Shown: positions 63,563-64,000 of the stretch, piece after piece
How positions within the stretch are numbered: the stretch's first letter is position 1
Layout: each line of letters starts with the position of its first letter
Source of the DNA: a virus
Taxonomy: Duplodnaviria > Caudoviricetes
Virus record (IMG/VR): IMGVR_UViG_3300012953_000026
Span: 1,797 to 65,796 of that record
Reading direction: 5' to 3' (one strand)
Length of the DNA stretch: 64,000 nt
The notes under the pieces: model-generated
The model's input: only the letters and a program-made list of their open reading frames with translations
What the model was told of the DNA's origin: nothing
Databases searched by the model: none
Translations under genes and position numbers: made by a program

Positions 63563-64000
63563 CGTAGAAAGATGAGCTTATGCCAGCACTGTCCCCTCTT
63601 TCAGATACCTCAGCGGGCTGTTCAGCGGGAGCCTCAACCTTACCTTGTTCTATTAGGGCGCGTTTATCAGCTGTCTCACCCTGGCTATTGACAGCTTTGC
63701 CACGTTGTTGCGCAAATTCTTTCTGTACCGCGTCTGGCTCCTCATTACCCATATCTGTCGGGCCGTGAAACTTAAAGTCAATTTGTCCCTTACGAGCCTG
63801 CTTACAAGCCAACTTGAGACCAGTCTTATATTCAACTTGCCCGAAGATAAGAGATGTAAAGACAGAACTAGTGATCTCAAAGAAAGTGTCGCCATAACTG
63901 ACATAGTCACCTTCCTTTGCCTCCAGGTTTCTGTCTAGCAAGTCTCTATAATGAATATAGACCTGGATCGTCTTAAAGGTCTCGGAACCAAATTTAGTTG
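63543..64000 (-). CDS. neck / head-closure protein (gp14-like), N-terminus outside the window
   Basis: The frame is open to the window edge: ..VYIHYRDLLDRNLEAKEGDYVSYGDTFFEI... Confidence 0.55.
   Translation of the reverse strand, partial: TKFGSETFKTIQVYIHYRDLLDRNLEAKEGDYVSYGDTFFEITSSVFTSLIFGQVEYKTGLKLACKQARKGQIDFKFHGPTDMGNEEPDAVQKEFAQQRGKAVNSQGETADKRALIEQGKVEAPAEQPAEVSERGDSAGISSSFYGDDYDN

Noticed and set aside
20-63938. The many plus-strand ORFs (and short nested minus-strand ORFs) in the track, including the 257-aa ORF at 43204-43977 and the 268-aa ORF at 50146-50952
   Set aside because: They lie antisense to or inside long, motif-bearing minus-strand genes, have Ser/Phe/Ile-rich shadow composition and show no recognisable motifs.
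1-64000. Eukaryotic giant virus (NCLDV) origin suggested by the MBD4-like and zincless Nei genes
   Set aside because: Sigma-70, DnaE, SD sequences, sigma-type promoters and a contractile tail indicate a bacteriophage.
1-64000. CRISPR array, tRNA/rRNA genes, transposases, stop-codon recoding
   Set aside because: I saw no regularly spaced repeats or cloverleaf-like intergenic segments, and intergenic gaps are very short. Genes are full length in code 11 using all three stops. A tRNAscan/Infernal run would be needed to exclude small RNAs formally.

Overview
This is a 64-kb segment of a large contractile-tailed (jumbo-myovirus-like) bacteriophage genome. It uses the standard genetic code, and essentially every real gene is on the minus strand. 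In transcription order (right to left) it holds: (1) a tail module with neck and tail-completion proteins, two tandem tail sheaths, a tube, a tail-assembly chaperone with a candidate programmed frameshift, a 1554-aa tape measure and baseplate proteins; (2) a replication module with a minimal family-A polymerase, a catalytically degenerate epsilon-like exonuclease, gp32-like SSB, RecA, 5'-3' exonuclease, helicase and class II RNR; (3) ClpP, two DNA glycosylases (MBD4-like and Fpg/Nei) and a J-domain protein; (4) a nucleotide/sugar cluster around DnaE; (5) many hypothetical, probably virion-internal, proteins plus a SOD-like protein and dCMP deaminase; (6) an orphan PD-(D/E)XK nuclease, GroEL, an apparently split sigma-70 factor, peptide deformylase and a truncated IMPDH/GMPR that the ORF track missed. 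The main find is the cluster at about 19.1-27.9 kb: an all-alpha dNTP pyrophosphatase, DnaE, a thymidylate-synthase homolog with the cytosine-specifying Asp, UDP-galactopyranose mutase, a T4 beta-glucosyltransferase-like enzyme, a dNMP kinase and an NDP-sugar 4-epimerase. Together these suggest a cytosine hypermodification pathway that adds a furanose sugar (galactofuranose or similar) to phage DNA; this is an inference. All assignments come from motif recognition by eye; no database searches were run.
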